A stretch of DNA of 64,000 bases from Hypanus sabinus (lineage: Eukaryota). Made by a program: the position numbers and the translations under genes. Under the pieces are notes generated by a model. The model made no database searches, had not been told where the DNA came from, and saw nothing but the letters and a program-made list of their open reading frames with translations. This document shows positions 13,776 to 26,198 of the stretch, piece after piece; the stretch's first letter is position 1; each line of letters begins with the position of its first letter. The stretch covers positions 21,576,001-21,640,000 of the forward strand of contig NC_082713.1 in assembly GCF_030144855.1 (NCBI RefSeq), in the 5' to 3' direction.

Positions 13776-14169
13776 TGACTCCATATTGTTACTTGGGACT
13801 TGGAATGGCATGGCAGGCAGAGAGAGATAGGGACCCAGACAAATATAACAGTCACAGACAGGTGAGTATACTTTCTTGTCTTGCCTAAATTCATGACCCA
13901 TTGTTTAATGACCCACACTCAGAAGATAGAAAACATTCTGTCATTCAGAGCAACAGTAATCCCAATGGCAGAAGTTGCACTGAAAATTAGAGGCAAGTGT
14001 AAACTATCATTCCAATACCACAGATCATTATGTCCATATTGAACTGGCCAGTGCAAAAGAGGTTTTTGGATAGTACATGGTATGTTGCTGGCTGTGTAGT
14101 TACGTATATTTATCTTTTCCCACAACCAGCCCAGGCTTGCCCATTGATTTGTTTATTTTGCCAACCCAA

Positions 14170-15405
14170 GGTCTATTTGTTTCCTATTTGTTCCTGCAAT
14201 AATAAAGAAAGTCATTCTATTTGTCTTAGCCTTCCTTAATTACTCAGTTTTAATTTTTATTCATGACAAGCTCTATGGCAAATTAAAATATGTCAAAGTG
14301 TTCTAGAGCAATAGGAGCTTAAATTAGTGGAAAAAATGACAAGTGTATGTAAGTAAGTGATCATCAGGATAATATTTGAAATGATAATTAAATTTGAATT
14401 TTCTGATGATACAAATATTTCCCAGGTGGTTGATGAGGAGGAAGAAATCTTTAGACTGCAGGAATGTTTCGATGACTCAGTCAGCTGAGCAGAATGTCGG
14501 CAACTGGGATTTAAGTCAAAGAAGCATTTGGGGCGAGGCAACAAGGAAAGGAAAGGTTAAAAGTACATAATATTGAGAAGGCTATTAAGTAGTTCAGAGG
14601 AACAAATGGTCCTTGAAGTGTATATCCACAAATTTTTAGTAGGCCAGGTCAAAAGGTAGTAAAACTAATGATTTCTTTATTGGCTAATTAGCCACTGGCT
14701 TCATTTTTGTATTAGCTAATAAAAATATTATTTATGTGCTCAATGTCTATTATATGTTATCTACATATTGAATGTTGTACGTTTAATACAGTGTTGAATA
14801 ACATTCAATAAAAATATAAGGATATTCTATTTACATTATTAGAACGTAAGAAAATAGAGGTCTGGAGGTTAAGCTGGAACTGTGCATGAATCATTTAACA
14901 ATAGCTTGAAGCTGAATGCAGTTCTGGTCACTTTGTATGAGTGGTATGGTTGTACTAGAGGGGCACGGGAGAGATTCGGAGGGTATTTCAGGAGTAATAA
15001 TGTAGTTATGAAGAAGAGTTGGATAGGCTAGAGTTGTTCTCTCTGATGAAGAGAAAGCTGAGGAGTGGTGTGTAGAATAATGAGGAGATAAGGCAGAGTT
15101 TAGACGGAAGCTTTTCTCCACAAGTGGTAGCAAACTTGTTCCTTATCAGAAAGCTCACGGACAAGGGTAAGTAGTAGCTGGTGGATGAAGTACAGGGTAA
15201 GTAAAGAGGCTGGTAAGGTTTCTGGAACTTACTGCTTGAACGTGCAGAAGGGTTAGAACCCCTATCACATTTATTTGGAAGTTGAGCCATGCAAGGCTAC
15301 AGATCAAGTGCTGGAGAGTAGGATAAGGTTGAAATTGGTTTCTGGCTAATATGGAGACATATGCTAAATGGCCTTTTGTGCTTTGCTCTCTTGATGATAC
15401 TATGA
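14170..15405 (+). mobile_element. Old CR1 ORF2 remnant
   Basis: Degenerate FSDDT region and CR1-like 3' UTR; heavily decayed. Confidence 0.6.
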
Positions 15406-15504
15406 CCAAATGAAACTAAATTAAAGATTTATTTTTTCATTATTTTTGTAAATGATAGATATTTATGGTTTTGCACATTATTGCTGCCACAAAAAACCAT
15501 ACCA

Positions 15505-15778
15505 CAATGGCTTAGCGGTTAGCACAACTTTATTACAGCTCAGGGCATCTGAATTCAGACATCAGTTCCCAGGTCCTCTGTAAGGAATCTTTGTACGTCC
15601 TCCCCGGATTGTCTCTGGGTCTTCTGTTTCCTCCTGCATTCCAAAGAGATGCTGGGTCGGTTAATTGGTCATTGTAAAATTGTCCCATGATTAGGTTAGG
15701 GTTAAATCGGGGTTGCTGGGCAGTGTGACTCGAAAGGTTCGACGGGCCTATATTGCACTGTATCTCTAAATGTAAATA
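15505..15778 (+). mobile_element. V-SINE (HE1-like)
   Basis: A-box-like TGGCTTAGCGG; V-domain; CTGTATCTCTAAA tail. Confidence 0.7.
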
Positions 15779-16526
15779 CCAATAACTGTCACGTCATATG
15801 TCAGTGATTGTAAACACAAGAGATTCTGCTGATGCTGAAAATCCAGAGTAACACACACAAAATGCTGGAGGAGCTCAGCAGGTGAGGCAGCATCTATGGA
15901 AATGAATGAACAATGGATGTTGCAGGCTAAGACCCCTCACCAGGACTTGAAAGGATGAGGAAAGAAGCCAGAAGAAGGTGTGTGCGGAGGGGCAGGAGTA
16001 CAAGTGAGAAGGTGACAGGTGATACTCAGTAATAATAAACATAATTCTAATTCGGAAATCAGCGTGAGAACATAGACACTTCTTCTGAAGTTCAGTGATG
16101 TACAATCAGATCGAAAATGTTAGAAGAGAAAGAAGACAAATAACTGGGAATAAATGCATAAAGGCTTGAGCCATGCGTCAAAAGAATTAAAATGTGAGAG
16201 CAAGGTCAAATTCCTTTGGGCTTAAATGATTAATGGGGATCATAACTGAGCTGTTCAGGTTGAACAAGGAGTTGAAAGAGTAAATAATAGGAATGTATTT
16301 CCTCCTCTGTGGGAGTCCAGAACACAGGAGCGCGACTGCAAATTTAGAGCCAGGTTGTTCAGGGGTGAAGTCAGGAAATGCTTCTTCACTACTGAATGTG
16401 TCAATCAATCATCTCACTGCCAAAGACTGGGAGCATCACTGAAGCATTCCAAAGCATGGAACAATGGATTTTAGTTCAGCAGCGGTAGGGATCTAAGAAA
16501 GGAGGATGAAGCTAAGAGATGTGAAC

Positions 16527-17430
16527 TATAAGACCATAAGACAGACAAGCAGAACTAGACCATTTGGCCAATCATGTCTGCCCTGCCATTCCATCAAGGT
16601 TGATTCATTATTCTTCACAACCCCATTTTCTTGCCTTCTCCCCATAACCTTTAATGCCCTTACTAATCAAGAACATATCAATATCCATTCCAAGTATACC
16701 CAATATCTTGGCCTCCACAGCCATTCATGGCAATGGATTCCACAGATTCACCGTCCTCTGGTTGGAGAGATTTCTCTTCATCTCTGTTCTAAAGAGACGT
16801 CCTTGTATTCTGAGGCTGTGCACTCTGGTCCTGGACTCTTCCACTATAGGAAATGATCAGTCAATCTAGGATCGTATTGAACTCCAGAACAAACTTGAGG
16901 AAGCAAGTTTCTTTCCTCCATAATAAAATTGAATCTAATAAAAACAAGCATCTTCCAATCCTTGATTCCAGTTATATTCAATCATACAACATTTCGTATA
17001 ATGGAATTATTTTCAAAATTCATGTAAAGTTAACTGGAATTTGTTAACAGAGGCTGCTGTCTGTTTACCTTTTGCCAGACACTGAATTTATTAACCTGCC
17101 CATAGACATTGGGACTCAAAATATTCATAAAGTGCAGCACAGAAACAGACCTTTTGGCCTATCTACTCCACGTCAAAACCATTTAAACTGTCTGCTCCCA
17201 TTAACTAGCACCGAACATAGCCCTCCATATCCCTACCATCCATATACCTATCCAAGCTTCTCTTAAACATTGAAATCAAGGTTACATGCAACACTTGTGC
17301 TGGCAACTCATCTCACACTCCCATGATCCTCTGAGTGAAGAAGGTTCCTCTCATTTTCCCCTTAAATTCACTTTTCACACTTAACCCATGACCTCTGGTT
17401 GTCATCCCACCCAACCTCGGTGGGAATGCA
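16527..17430 (-). mobile_element. Two CR1 3'-end fragments (~16527-16855 and ~17105-17430)
   Basis: Reverse complements of CR1 3' UTR and FF..RVVNLWN sequence. Confidence 0.7.
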
Positions 17431-18859
17431 CAGAGGAGAGGAGGATGCACAGTTCTGTACTCAGTTAAAATAACATAGAGACTCTATTGATCTAAAAATA
17501 TTAACAGCGCCTGGCAAAGTAATCAGGATTAGGCAGATGAGATGGTGGCATGTTGAGACAGGAATCTGAAACTGAATCTCTGCTCTGATCCTGACAGCAA
17601 TATTTTCTTTTCATACCTAGAAATGCATAGTTTTACAGTATTTATTATTTTTTGTCCTCTTGCTCTGAAGATGCAATGTTCTGTCTTGGGGATGGGCCCA
17701 CTCCTGCTGAATGGTAACGAAATGTTCAGATGATTATTGCAGGTGTGCTGCTCCAGTTGTTATTCACTGTTAGGCTGTCTCATCTTTACCCCTGAAGAAA
17801 AATATAGCCTGCAATTCCCGTGATCCAGAACATATTACAGGGATTGATAATTATTGACATATTGGATGTCATGTATCAATTTATCAAAGTACAAAGTAGG
17901 TTTGTTATCAAAGTTTATTACGTTACCATATAAAAACCTGAGATTCATTTTTTTGCAGGCATACCCAATAAATCCCTAGAATAATTACCATGGCAGAATC
18001 AATAAAAGACCACACCAACTTTCAACCAATGTGCAAAAGACAACAAACTGTGAAAATGCAAAAAGAAAGAAATAATAAATAAATAAATAAACAATAAATA
18101 TCAAGTACATGAGATGAAGAGTCCTTGAAAGTGAGTCCATAGGTTGTGGGTACATTTCAACGATGGGGTAAGTGAAGTTGAGTGAAGTCATCGCTTTTGG
18201 TTCAAGAGGTTGAGGGGTAATAACTGTTTCTGAACCTGATCAGATAGAACTGTAGAATATAAGCACAAAAACAGGTCCTCCGGCCCAACATCCATGCCAA
18301 CCAAGATGCCCATCTAAGCTAATTTCATTTGCCGAGTTTGGACAATATCCACAAAGGTACGCTGACCAAAACAGCTAGTGGATAGCACTGAAAACACAGC
18401 TTAGTTCAAGTCAAGGATTCCAACTCTTTGGTTATTTCTGGACTTATGGTAGCTGACCCATCTGGGTTGTTAATAACCAGGTTGTTAAACATTGAAAGAC
18501 AATTTGACATGTATATGAATAGGAAAAGTGTAGGGGACATGGGATACATATGAGCAATTGAGATTAGCTTAGGCAGGCATCTTGGTCGGTCAGCTGTGTT
18601 GAAAGGCCTGCCTTCTACTGTATGACAATGACACCTTGACTCTACATTATGGGAAAAGGCTTCAATTTAGATACACTTTTTATATTTTTTCTGACTGGTT
18701 CAGAAGTAGTTGAGCTGAGGCTGAGCCACAAGACCAAAGGAATGTATTATTTAATCAGCAATTAATTAGAGATGATTATACTGAAGCAGTATGGCTTTTA
18801 AAAGCCTTGTCAGAGACCGTGGCTTAACCTGAACAGTAGCATTATTCTCTTTTTTGAGT

Positions 18860-19392
18860 CACATGGGCTCACTGCAAGCAGTTCTGGTCTCCTTACTTGG
18901 AAAAAGATCTACTACCTTTAGAGGTAGTGCAGAGGAGATTCACCAGATTGATTCCAGGGATGAGGGAATTAGCCAATGAGGAGAAATTGAGCTGCCTGGA
19001 CTATACTCATTGGAATTCAGAAGAATGAGAGTGGATCTTACAGAAAGTTATAAAGTTATAAAACGGTTACACAAGATTAAGGCAAGAATGTTGTTTCCAC
19101 TGGTAGATGAGACAACAGCTAAGGAACATAAGCTCAAGATTTGGAGAAGTAGATGAAGAAGAGCTGCTTTTCCCAAAGATTAGTGAATCTGTGCAATTCT
19201 GTGACCAAGGCAGCAGCAGAGGTCGCCTCATTAAATATAATGAAGATACAGTTGGAAAGATTTTTGCATAGCAGGGGAATGAAGGGTTATAGGGAAAAGA
19301 CGGCAGGTGGAGTTGATCCCCCCGAAATATCCGTCATGATCTTATTGATAAGCAGATGGCCTATTTCTGCTGCTATTTCTTTTTTTCTTATG
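18860..19392 (+). mobile_element. CR1 LINE 3' end
   Basis: QFWSPYL...VQRRFTRLIPGM...FSQRLVNLCNS. Confidence 0.8.
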
Positions 19393-19861
19393 TCCTACTT
19401 AATTACCTACCTATCGTGATGTAGTATGAGGCCATTCAGCCCATTAAGTCCATGCCAGCTTCCCTCTCCTTAATTCCCTGTCATCTTCCAACTTATTATT
19501 CTGCATGCTCTCCAATTAGCTTTTGGATTTTTTTTATCACCTAGCTGCACTAAAGGATAACGTACAGGAGACATTTAAACTGACAACACATCGTTGGAAT
19601 GTGGGAGGGAACCAGAGCAGAAATACATGCTGTCAAAGTGAGAATGTGATAGCACCTTTGTGGTAGCTCAGTAGTGTAGTGTTTAGCCCAATACTTTACA
19701 GTGCTAGCGACACGGGTTCAATACCCATCACTGCCTGTAAGGAGTTTGTATGTTCTCCCTGTGACCGTGTGGATTTCCTCCAGCTGGTCAGGTCTCCTTC
19801 CACAGTCCAAAGACGTATCAGTTGGAAGGTTAGTTTGTTATTCTTAATTGTCCCATGATTG

Positions 19862-21312
19862 AGGTGAGCACCTCTGTAGGTCAGAGTTGACCATGGATAT
19901 TGTGTCCTAGCTGTCTAGATACGGAAGCCTGGTAGGTACAATATGGAGGGCAAATTGTTGCCCATGTAGCAAGCTCCCCCTCTCCATGCACCTGATGAAC
20001 TGAAAGGAGTGGCAGAAATCGATACAGTTTCGTACCAGCAGTGTCACAGGAGTTGTCAGTCAGCATTGAAGTCAGTGTAGGACCACTTTAGGGACTCCAG
20101 CTCTGGAATTTTCCCTCGGGATTTACTCTCAAAGCTTTTCCCATGAGTGAGTATAGCTGCCAGGCAGTTAGAGGTTTGAGATCAGAGTTTTCCTTCTCCT
20201 AAGTGAGCTGCCGACCACAGCTAATGAGCCCAACCCCCCAAGAGTGACTGGTTTTAAAGTGCCAGTAATCCACCTTGTTCCTTCTCCTGCCAGTAGAAAG
20301 GGTTTCACGGCACTTAGTAGCTAAGCTGCACATGAAGGCCAGGAGCCGCACGTGAAGACCAGGAGCTGCACATGAAGGCCAGGACCCGCACATGGTAGCT
20401 AAGCCGCACATGAAGGCCAGGAACCGCACATGGTAGCTAAGCCGCACATGAAGGCCAGGAACTGCACATGGTAGCTAAGCCACACATGAAGGCCAGGAGC
20501 TGCACATGAAGGCCAGGAGCTGCACATGAAGACCAGGAGCCGCACATGAAGGCCAGGAGCCGCACGTGAAGACCAGGAGCTGCACATGAAGGCCAGGACC
20601 CGCACATGGTAGCTAAGCCGCACATGAAGGCCAGGAACCGCACATGGTAGCTAAGCCGCACATGAAGGCCAGGAACTGCACATGGTAGCTAAGCCACACA
20701 TGAAGGCCAGGAGCTGCACATGAAGGCCAGGAGCTGCACATGAAGACCAGGAGCCGCACATGAAGGCCAGGAGCTGCACATGAAGGCCAGGACCCGCACA
20801 TGGTAGCTAAGCCGCACATGAAGGCCAGGAACCGCACATGGTAGCTAAGCCGCACATGAAGGCCAGGAACTGCACATGGTAGCTAAGCCACACATGAAGG
20901 CCAGGAGCTGCACATGAAGGCCAGGAGCCGCACGTGAAGACCAGGAGCCGCACATGAAGGCCAGGAGCTGCACATGAAGGCCAGGAGCCGCACATGAAGA
21001 CCAGGAGCCGCACATGAAGGCCAGGAGCTGCACATGAAGGCCAGAACCCGCACATGAAGGCCAGGAGCTGCACATGAAGGCCAGGAGCTGCACATGAAGG
21101 CCAGGAACCGCACATGGTAGCTAAGCCGCACATGAAGGCCAGGAGCTGCACATGGTAGCTAAGCCGCACATGAAGGCCAGGAGCTGCACATGAAGGCCAG
21201 GAGCTGCACTTGGTTGTTGGAGGCTATTTGAGGTGCATGCAGTTGGGAGTATTTAATAGGTAGTGGGAGCTTGTCCCTATTACCACCCTCGAATATAACC
21301 ACCTTAAGGACC
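19862..21312 (-). mobile_element. RTE-related non-autonomous element hosting a minisatellite
   Basis: Minus-strand motif GGCAGCTCACTTAGGAGAAGGAAAACTCTGA typical of RTE UTRs; a second fragment of the family lies at ~10272-10405. Confidence 0.55.
20328..21205. repeat. Two-unit minisatellite: 34 x 20-bp unit A and 11 x 18-bp unit B
   Basis: A = GCACATGAAGGCCAGGAGCY, B = GCACATGGTAGCTAAGCC; 34x20 + 11x18 = 878 bp, matching the span. Confidence 0.95.
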
Positions 21313-21509
21313 CTGTTCCATAATTAGTCTAGGATTAAATCTAGATTGAATCTAGGATTAGAACTATTCCACACTGTATCTCAATAGCAAAATAAATAAA
21401 TATCTAAAGTGAGATGGATTGAAATTACAACAGGTGGGCTAACATCAAAACTCACAGGGAGCAGGGATATTGACCACTTCAGCTCTATTGGCTGTCCATC
21501 ATTTCCAAC

Positions 21510-22810
21510 AATGACTGGAAACTTGTGCAGGAGAGTTTTGTGATGAAAAATCTTTTGCACTGGAGCAGTTTCACTCTCTCGAGCCCTACAAATTTGGGTC
21601 CAGTGGAACGATTAATCATCACAACTGGGGTCTTCCTTGGTTGCAGTGGATGACTTCTTCTGTGTCTTATCATGCCCTTCGCTCTCCACAAAGTTGTTGC
21701 AGAATGGCATTCCTGATCATTGGATCTCTCTGTTGATCTCATCAGCCAGGTCCACTAGAGCTGACTTCATATGTTAGGACAGACATGTCTATGTGTCACT
21801 GGGATTTGAGGTCCGCCGCCTACCCTCACCTCGTTTAGACCACCTGTCAAGCTGGCGCTAACCAGCGACTCCTTTGCTTACGTCTTCAGAAACAGCTCTA
21901 TTTCCATCCTTAACATCTCTATTTTTTCCTTACAGGGTTCTTTTGAAGACCCTGACCTGGAGTTACGCGCTGACTATGGTTCTAAGCAGGAATGGGACCC
22001 ACTCTCGGGGCATCACGACTGGCTGTTATCCAGCACGCCAAGGGTGTGGCCTATGAGTAAGCCTCGTCTTTGGAGGCCTAGGCTCTCGGGGCTCTGGAGA
22101 CTGACGGATCAAAGGTTGGTGCCCTGGACCGGTGTGTCGAGGGAGCTGGAAGATCTTTGGCTGTGTGCCCAGAGACCTGAGATCTTTGGGCACGGAGCTC
22201 AGAGAAAGCGACACAACGGACTTTTAACATCATAAACCAGCGAGTTGCTTGATATGTCTCCCCTCTTGCTGAGAAACAGAGACATCTTTTTCTCTCTTGT
22301 TAGGGAGAGAGAGAAAACTTGTGGTACATCGAATACAGGGTGAACGCATAGTATTTGGAGTGCTGCAAGCCTGTGTCTTTGCTGCTACTTCTGCTGCACG
22401 CTTGAGTGCTCGGTGGTGAGTGCCAATGCTTATTTTTGCCGGTGGGGGGAGGGGGGATTGTTGCTTGCTGACGCTTACCCACGGGAAGGAGGGTAGCTGG
22501 GGGGGGGGACCTTGGGGTTCTAACATTTAACTGTCATTCATTCTTTGGGGCACTTCTCTGTTTTCGTGGATGTTTGCAAAGAAAAAGCATTTCAGGATGT
22601 ATATTGTATACATTTCTCTGACATTAAATGTACCTTTGAAACCTTTGAGTGTGGTCGGGGTCATGGTGCAAACAGCTACTTGGAGCCACAGGTGAGAGTT
22701 AAGTGTCCGGTGGGGACAAAAGGTGAGTGAGCTGCACCGGAATGGACACAACAAGCCCCTTCACCAGAAGTCCTATGGTCCTATCCCTCCCTGGAGACCC
22801 CTTACCCCGT
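21510..22810 (-). mobile_element. RTE-like 5'-UTR-derived element, split by the ~780-bp element
   Basis: Colinear with 61575-62045 (shared TTATCATGCC, CTACC.TCACCT, CTAAGTGTCCGG-like and ACAACAAGCCC.TTCACCAGA blocks). Confidence 0.55.
21850..22648 (+). mobile_element. ~780-bp non-autonomous retroelement (copy 3)
   Basis: Colinear with 3568-4347; tail ACATTAAATGTACCTTTGAAACCTTTGA. Confidence 0.75.
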
Positions 22811-23619
22811 ACTTCAGCTCTGGGAGCTTGTTAATGAGACAAAATTAATTTGGCTGAGAGCATAAAATTAAAAAGGTAGTGGAAAATTACAGATGCGTGC
22901 AAGGTCAAGAGAAGAAAAAACTACAACCATGCTGATCATAATTGGCCCAATGGTTAAAATGCCACGTACTCCAAATTACTTCAATTGTCCTATTTCAGTT
23001 GGACAATTTGGTTTGGAGGCTAAACATATCTAAGCTGTACAGTAATTGTAAGCTGAGTATCAGAATGTTAGGTGGTTATCTCTCATTACTGGTAGGATAT
23101 GGCAGGGTTACAACCATCATCACCACTTATGTACAGATTGTTACAGCAGTTAGTTACATTAGTGTTGGTTGGAAATGGAACATGGCTCTTTCTAATAATC
23201 CTATTAATTAGCAGTTCCATTTCAGTGGGTTGTTATTAGTTACTGGAGCAATTAAATTTTATATTGCCTCTTGTTTACTCTCTGCGGCTCAGCTACGATT
23301 TCTCATCACTGTGTTCTCATGAGTTACCTCATGCAACATCTGGCATAACAGCTAGTGGCAGAGGAGCTCGAGCAAAGACGCTGAACATCAAAAGTTCCAG
23401 CCTTGGCAGGATATGTACAATAACATATGCAAAATACTATACATTGAAGAAGATCTCATCTGATTAAATATTACTTGCTTCAAATTTCATATGAACAAGT
23501 AACCTGGATGTTAATGCTGTTAGTATTCAACTTCAGTGATATATATCTAACCCCATCCATATGGAGTTTGCATATTCTCCTCCTGACCCAGGGTTCTTTG
23601 CTTTCTTCCCACATCCTAT

Positions 23620-24680
23620 TTGCATTTAAGAGAGTCCAGAGAAAGCTCATGGGAATGAAAGGGTTAATATATGAGGAGCATTTGGTGGCCCTGGGCTTGT
23701 ACTTGGTGGTGTTTAGAAGAATGAGGGAGGATTTCATTGAAAGCTATTGAATATTGAAAGGCCTATGTTGTCACTTGAACAAAGTCACCAGAGAGATACA
23801 GTTGATAGATACAAAAAGTAGACTTTTTATTTAATACACACACTCCTAAATAAGCTGGCAGCCTTTTGGAGTTATGAGTGAAGTGGGGGGGGGGGGGGGA
23901 GGGTAAAGAGAGAGGGGGGGTAGAGAGAAAGGGGAGAGTGAGTGAGAGTGAGAGGAGAGAAAGGCAGAGACCTTTTCAGAGCAAGAGCTCTACTCAACCC
24001 AATGCTACAAAACTTTTTATGTGCTAAAGGTCAAAGGGCAATTCCATATTTATAATTCATCCACAATGCTTTCTTTGAACTTCACACAAATGTCACACCT
24101 CCTGCTTCACACTCACAGAACATATACCCAAATAATGAATTTAAATCAGCATTGTCTGGTCTTCCAATGAACTGTGGTATTGTTCAATCAATTTGGTCCC
24201 CTGCCTTAGAAACCCATTGTTCAGTGTTGCATTTTAGATTCAATCCATAGTTCATATTCAAAACTGAAAACTGGTGGCTGAAGACAGTCGCTGAAGTTAT
24301 TTGCTATATGTGCTAACCCCCCCAAAAAGCACTCTAATAGCCTAGTTAGAGTGGATGTGGAGAGGATGTTTCCTACAGTCTAGGACCAGAGAGCACAGCC
24401 TCAGTATAGACAGATGTCCTTTTAGAACAAAGACAAGGAGAGATTTCTTCAGCCAGAGAGTGGTGAATCTGTGAAATTCATTGCAACACATGACTGTTGA
24501 GGCCAAGTCATTGGGTATATTTAAAGCAGAAGTTGGTAGATTCTTGATTAGTAAGGGCATCAAAGGTTATGGGGAGAATGCAGAGGAAAAGGTTTGAGAG
24601 AGATAATAAATCAACCGCGATGGTGTGGCAGAGTAGACATGCTGGGCTGAATGTCCTAATTCTGCTCCTATATTTCATGA
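23620..24680 (+). mobile_element. CR1 3' end inserted in a SINE and split by a solo LTR
   Basis: CR1 sequence reads through GAAAG-GCCTA|insert|GCCTA-GTTAGAGTGGATGTGG; SINE halves at ~23520-23617 and ~24681-24900. Confidence 0.75.
23766..24339 (-). mobile_element. Solo LTR (574 bp)
   Basis: 5-bp TSD GCCTA (23761-65 / 24340-44); TGTTG start and near-inverted CTAATA end; minus-strand AATAAA at ~23826. Confidence 0.65.
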
Positions 24681-26198
24681 CCTCAAAGACATACTGGAAG
24701 GTGGGTTTGATTGCTGACTGTAAATTATACTCAGTGTAGGTGGATGCCAGGAGAATTGAGGAGAGCTGATGAGCTTATTGGAGAGAGGAGGTCACAGGGC
24801 CAATGAATGAGGTAATGGTATAGTTCAGGATGTCTTCATTGACTAGATGGGCCAAATGGTCCTTTTCCCCCATCATAAGAGAATATGAGAATATAATACG
24901 AGAACATCTTTTACCCAGAGCTGGAAATCTTGGAGTAGCAATGTGAAGATAGATACTGAATCGTGTTCTCCCCTCAGGGATAAAAACACAGAGCTTCTGA
25001 TTGCAACAAGAAGTTAATTATTGTTTTTAGTTTATAAAGGACAAGTCTATATAAGAGAAATTTCTGCATGTCCAATCCACGTTGAAGGAAAGCTCAATTG
25101 CCCACAACTAGCATTATTTCTGCCTTGTTTATATGAGTCATTGAAAAGGAGTTACCAACTAATTACAATAGATAACTCTATTAATGACTTGTATTAAATA
25201 AAGGAAAAAAAAATCATCTTTATTTTAGAGAGAGGTGTCAGAGTTTGAAGAACAGCCCCAGGTGAGGAAATGGCCCTCTCAGGCTCACAGTGATTTAATA
25301 TTGACAAATGACGCATGTGGAACATTTGTTCCTGTTTCTCCTCGTGATTCCTCAGCCCTCTGACCAGGGGAACTAGCCTGCGGTATTATTGGCATGAAAT
25401 TTTTGATTCCCGTGTTCCACTGCAGCTAGATTGGTTCATCAAGTCGTGCTTTCCTAATGCTTTCTTGACAAGTATTGCATTGTTAATTGATTATAAATAT
25501 AGGTGTGTTATGAGTCAGCGAATCCGAAGAGTCAAGTAAAAGATTTCGAATAATCCTTGATCGTCACTAATAGAAGCAAGGAAATCAAGTTTCCTATCAC
25601 AATGAATGCTTATATAAGGATTCTTCTTTTTAAATTTCTGCATTAGTTCTTTAAATTTCAGTCAAATTGTTGCCATTGATTAAAACATTTTAGTTAGATC
25701 TTACCAGGCTATGAATGAAAATTATATTAAAAAAATATAGAAGCAAGAGTTTGAACAGCCCTTTGAGCCTTTCTGTTATTCAAGGCGTTTGCCTCAGATC
25801 CCACTTTTCAACCTGATTCCTATAAATCTTAACATCCTTGTGATCCAAAAATGAGTCCATCTTTGTATGAATATACACAAGGACTCAGGTTTAGAGCTCT
25901 GTGGAAAGAAGAATTCCAACGATTCCTAATTTTGACTGAAAGAATTCCTCCTCATCTCTCCATCAAGTTGTTGACCTCTCATTCCAAACAATCATGATAA
26001 CAATTGTCATTCAGTTGTCTGAATAATGCATCATTAACTGATGTTTATGACACAAAAGTAAAATCGTTTTATTCATTGCACCTCTGTGACAGGCTTAAAG
26101 GTATGCTGATTTTTGATAAAATCCCAGGACGGTACTGGTTTCACCACCAATGTGGGATTAGAAATCCCTCTGCCATTCCAGACATTTGCTGTGCCTAA

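Larger units (their letters stand above)
19660..21402 (+). mobile_element. V-SINE split by an RTE-like insertion
   Basis: Head and V-domain at 19660-19861, tail at 21313-21402; degenerate TSD TGTCCCATGATT / TGTTCCATAATT around the insert. Confidence 0.7.

Noticed and set aside
19660-19740. tRNA-like A/B boxes
   Set aside because: SINE head with no cloverleaf; it continues into a V-domain.
20199-21169. Cluster of Cys-rich ORFs on the minus strand
   Set aside because: Translations of the minisatellite.
20328-21205. CRISPR-like alternation of repeat units
   Set aside because: The intervening units are recurring copies of two monomers, not unique spacers; no cas genes; vertebrate context.
20290-21312. 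Possible HDV-like ribozyme in the RTE-like 5' region (TTCACGT resembles an HDV-family L3 loop)
   Set aside because: I could not assemble P1/P2/P3 pairings by eye; the flanks do not form the required 3-bp P3. A descriptor search on the family consensus is needed.
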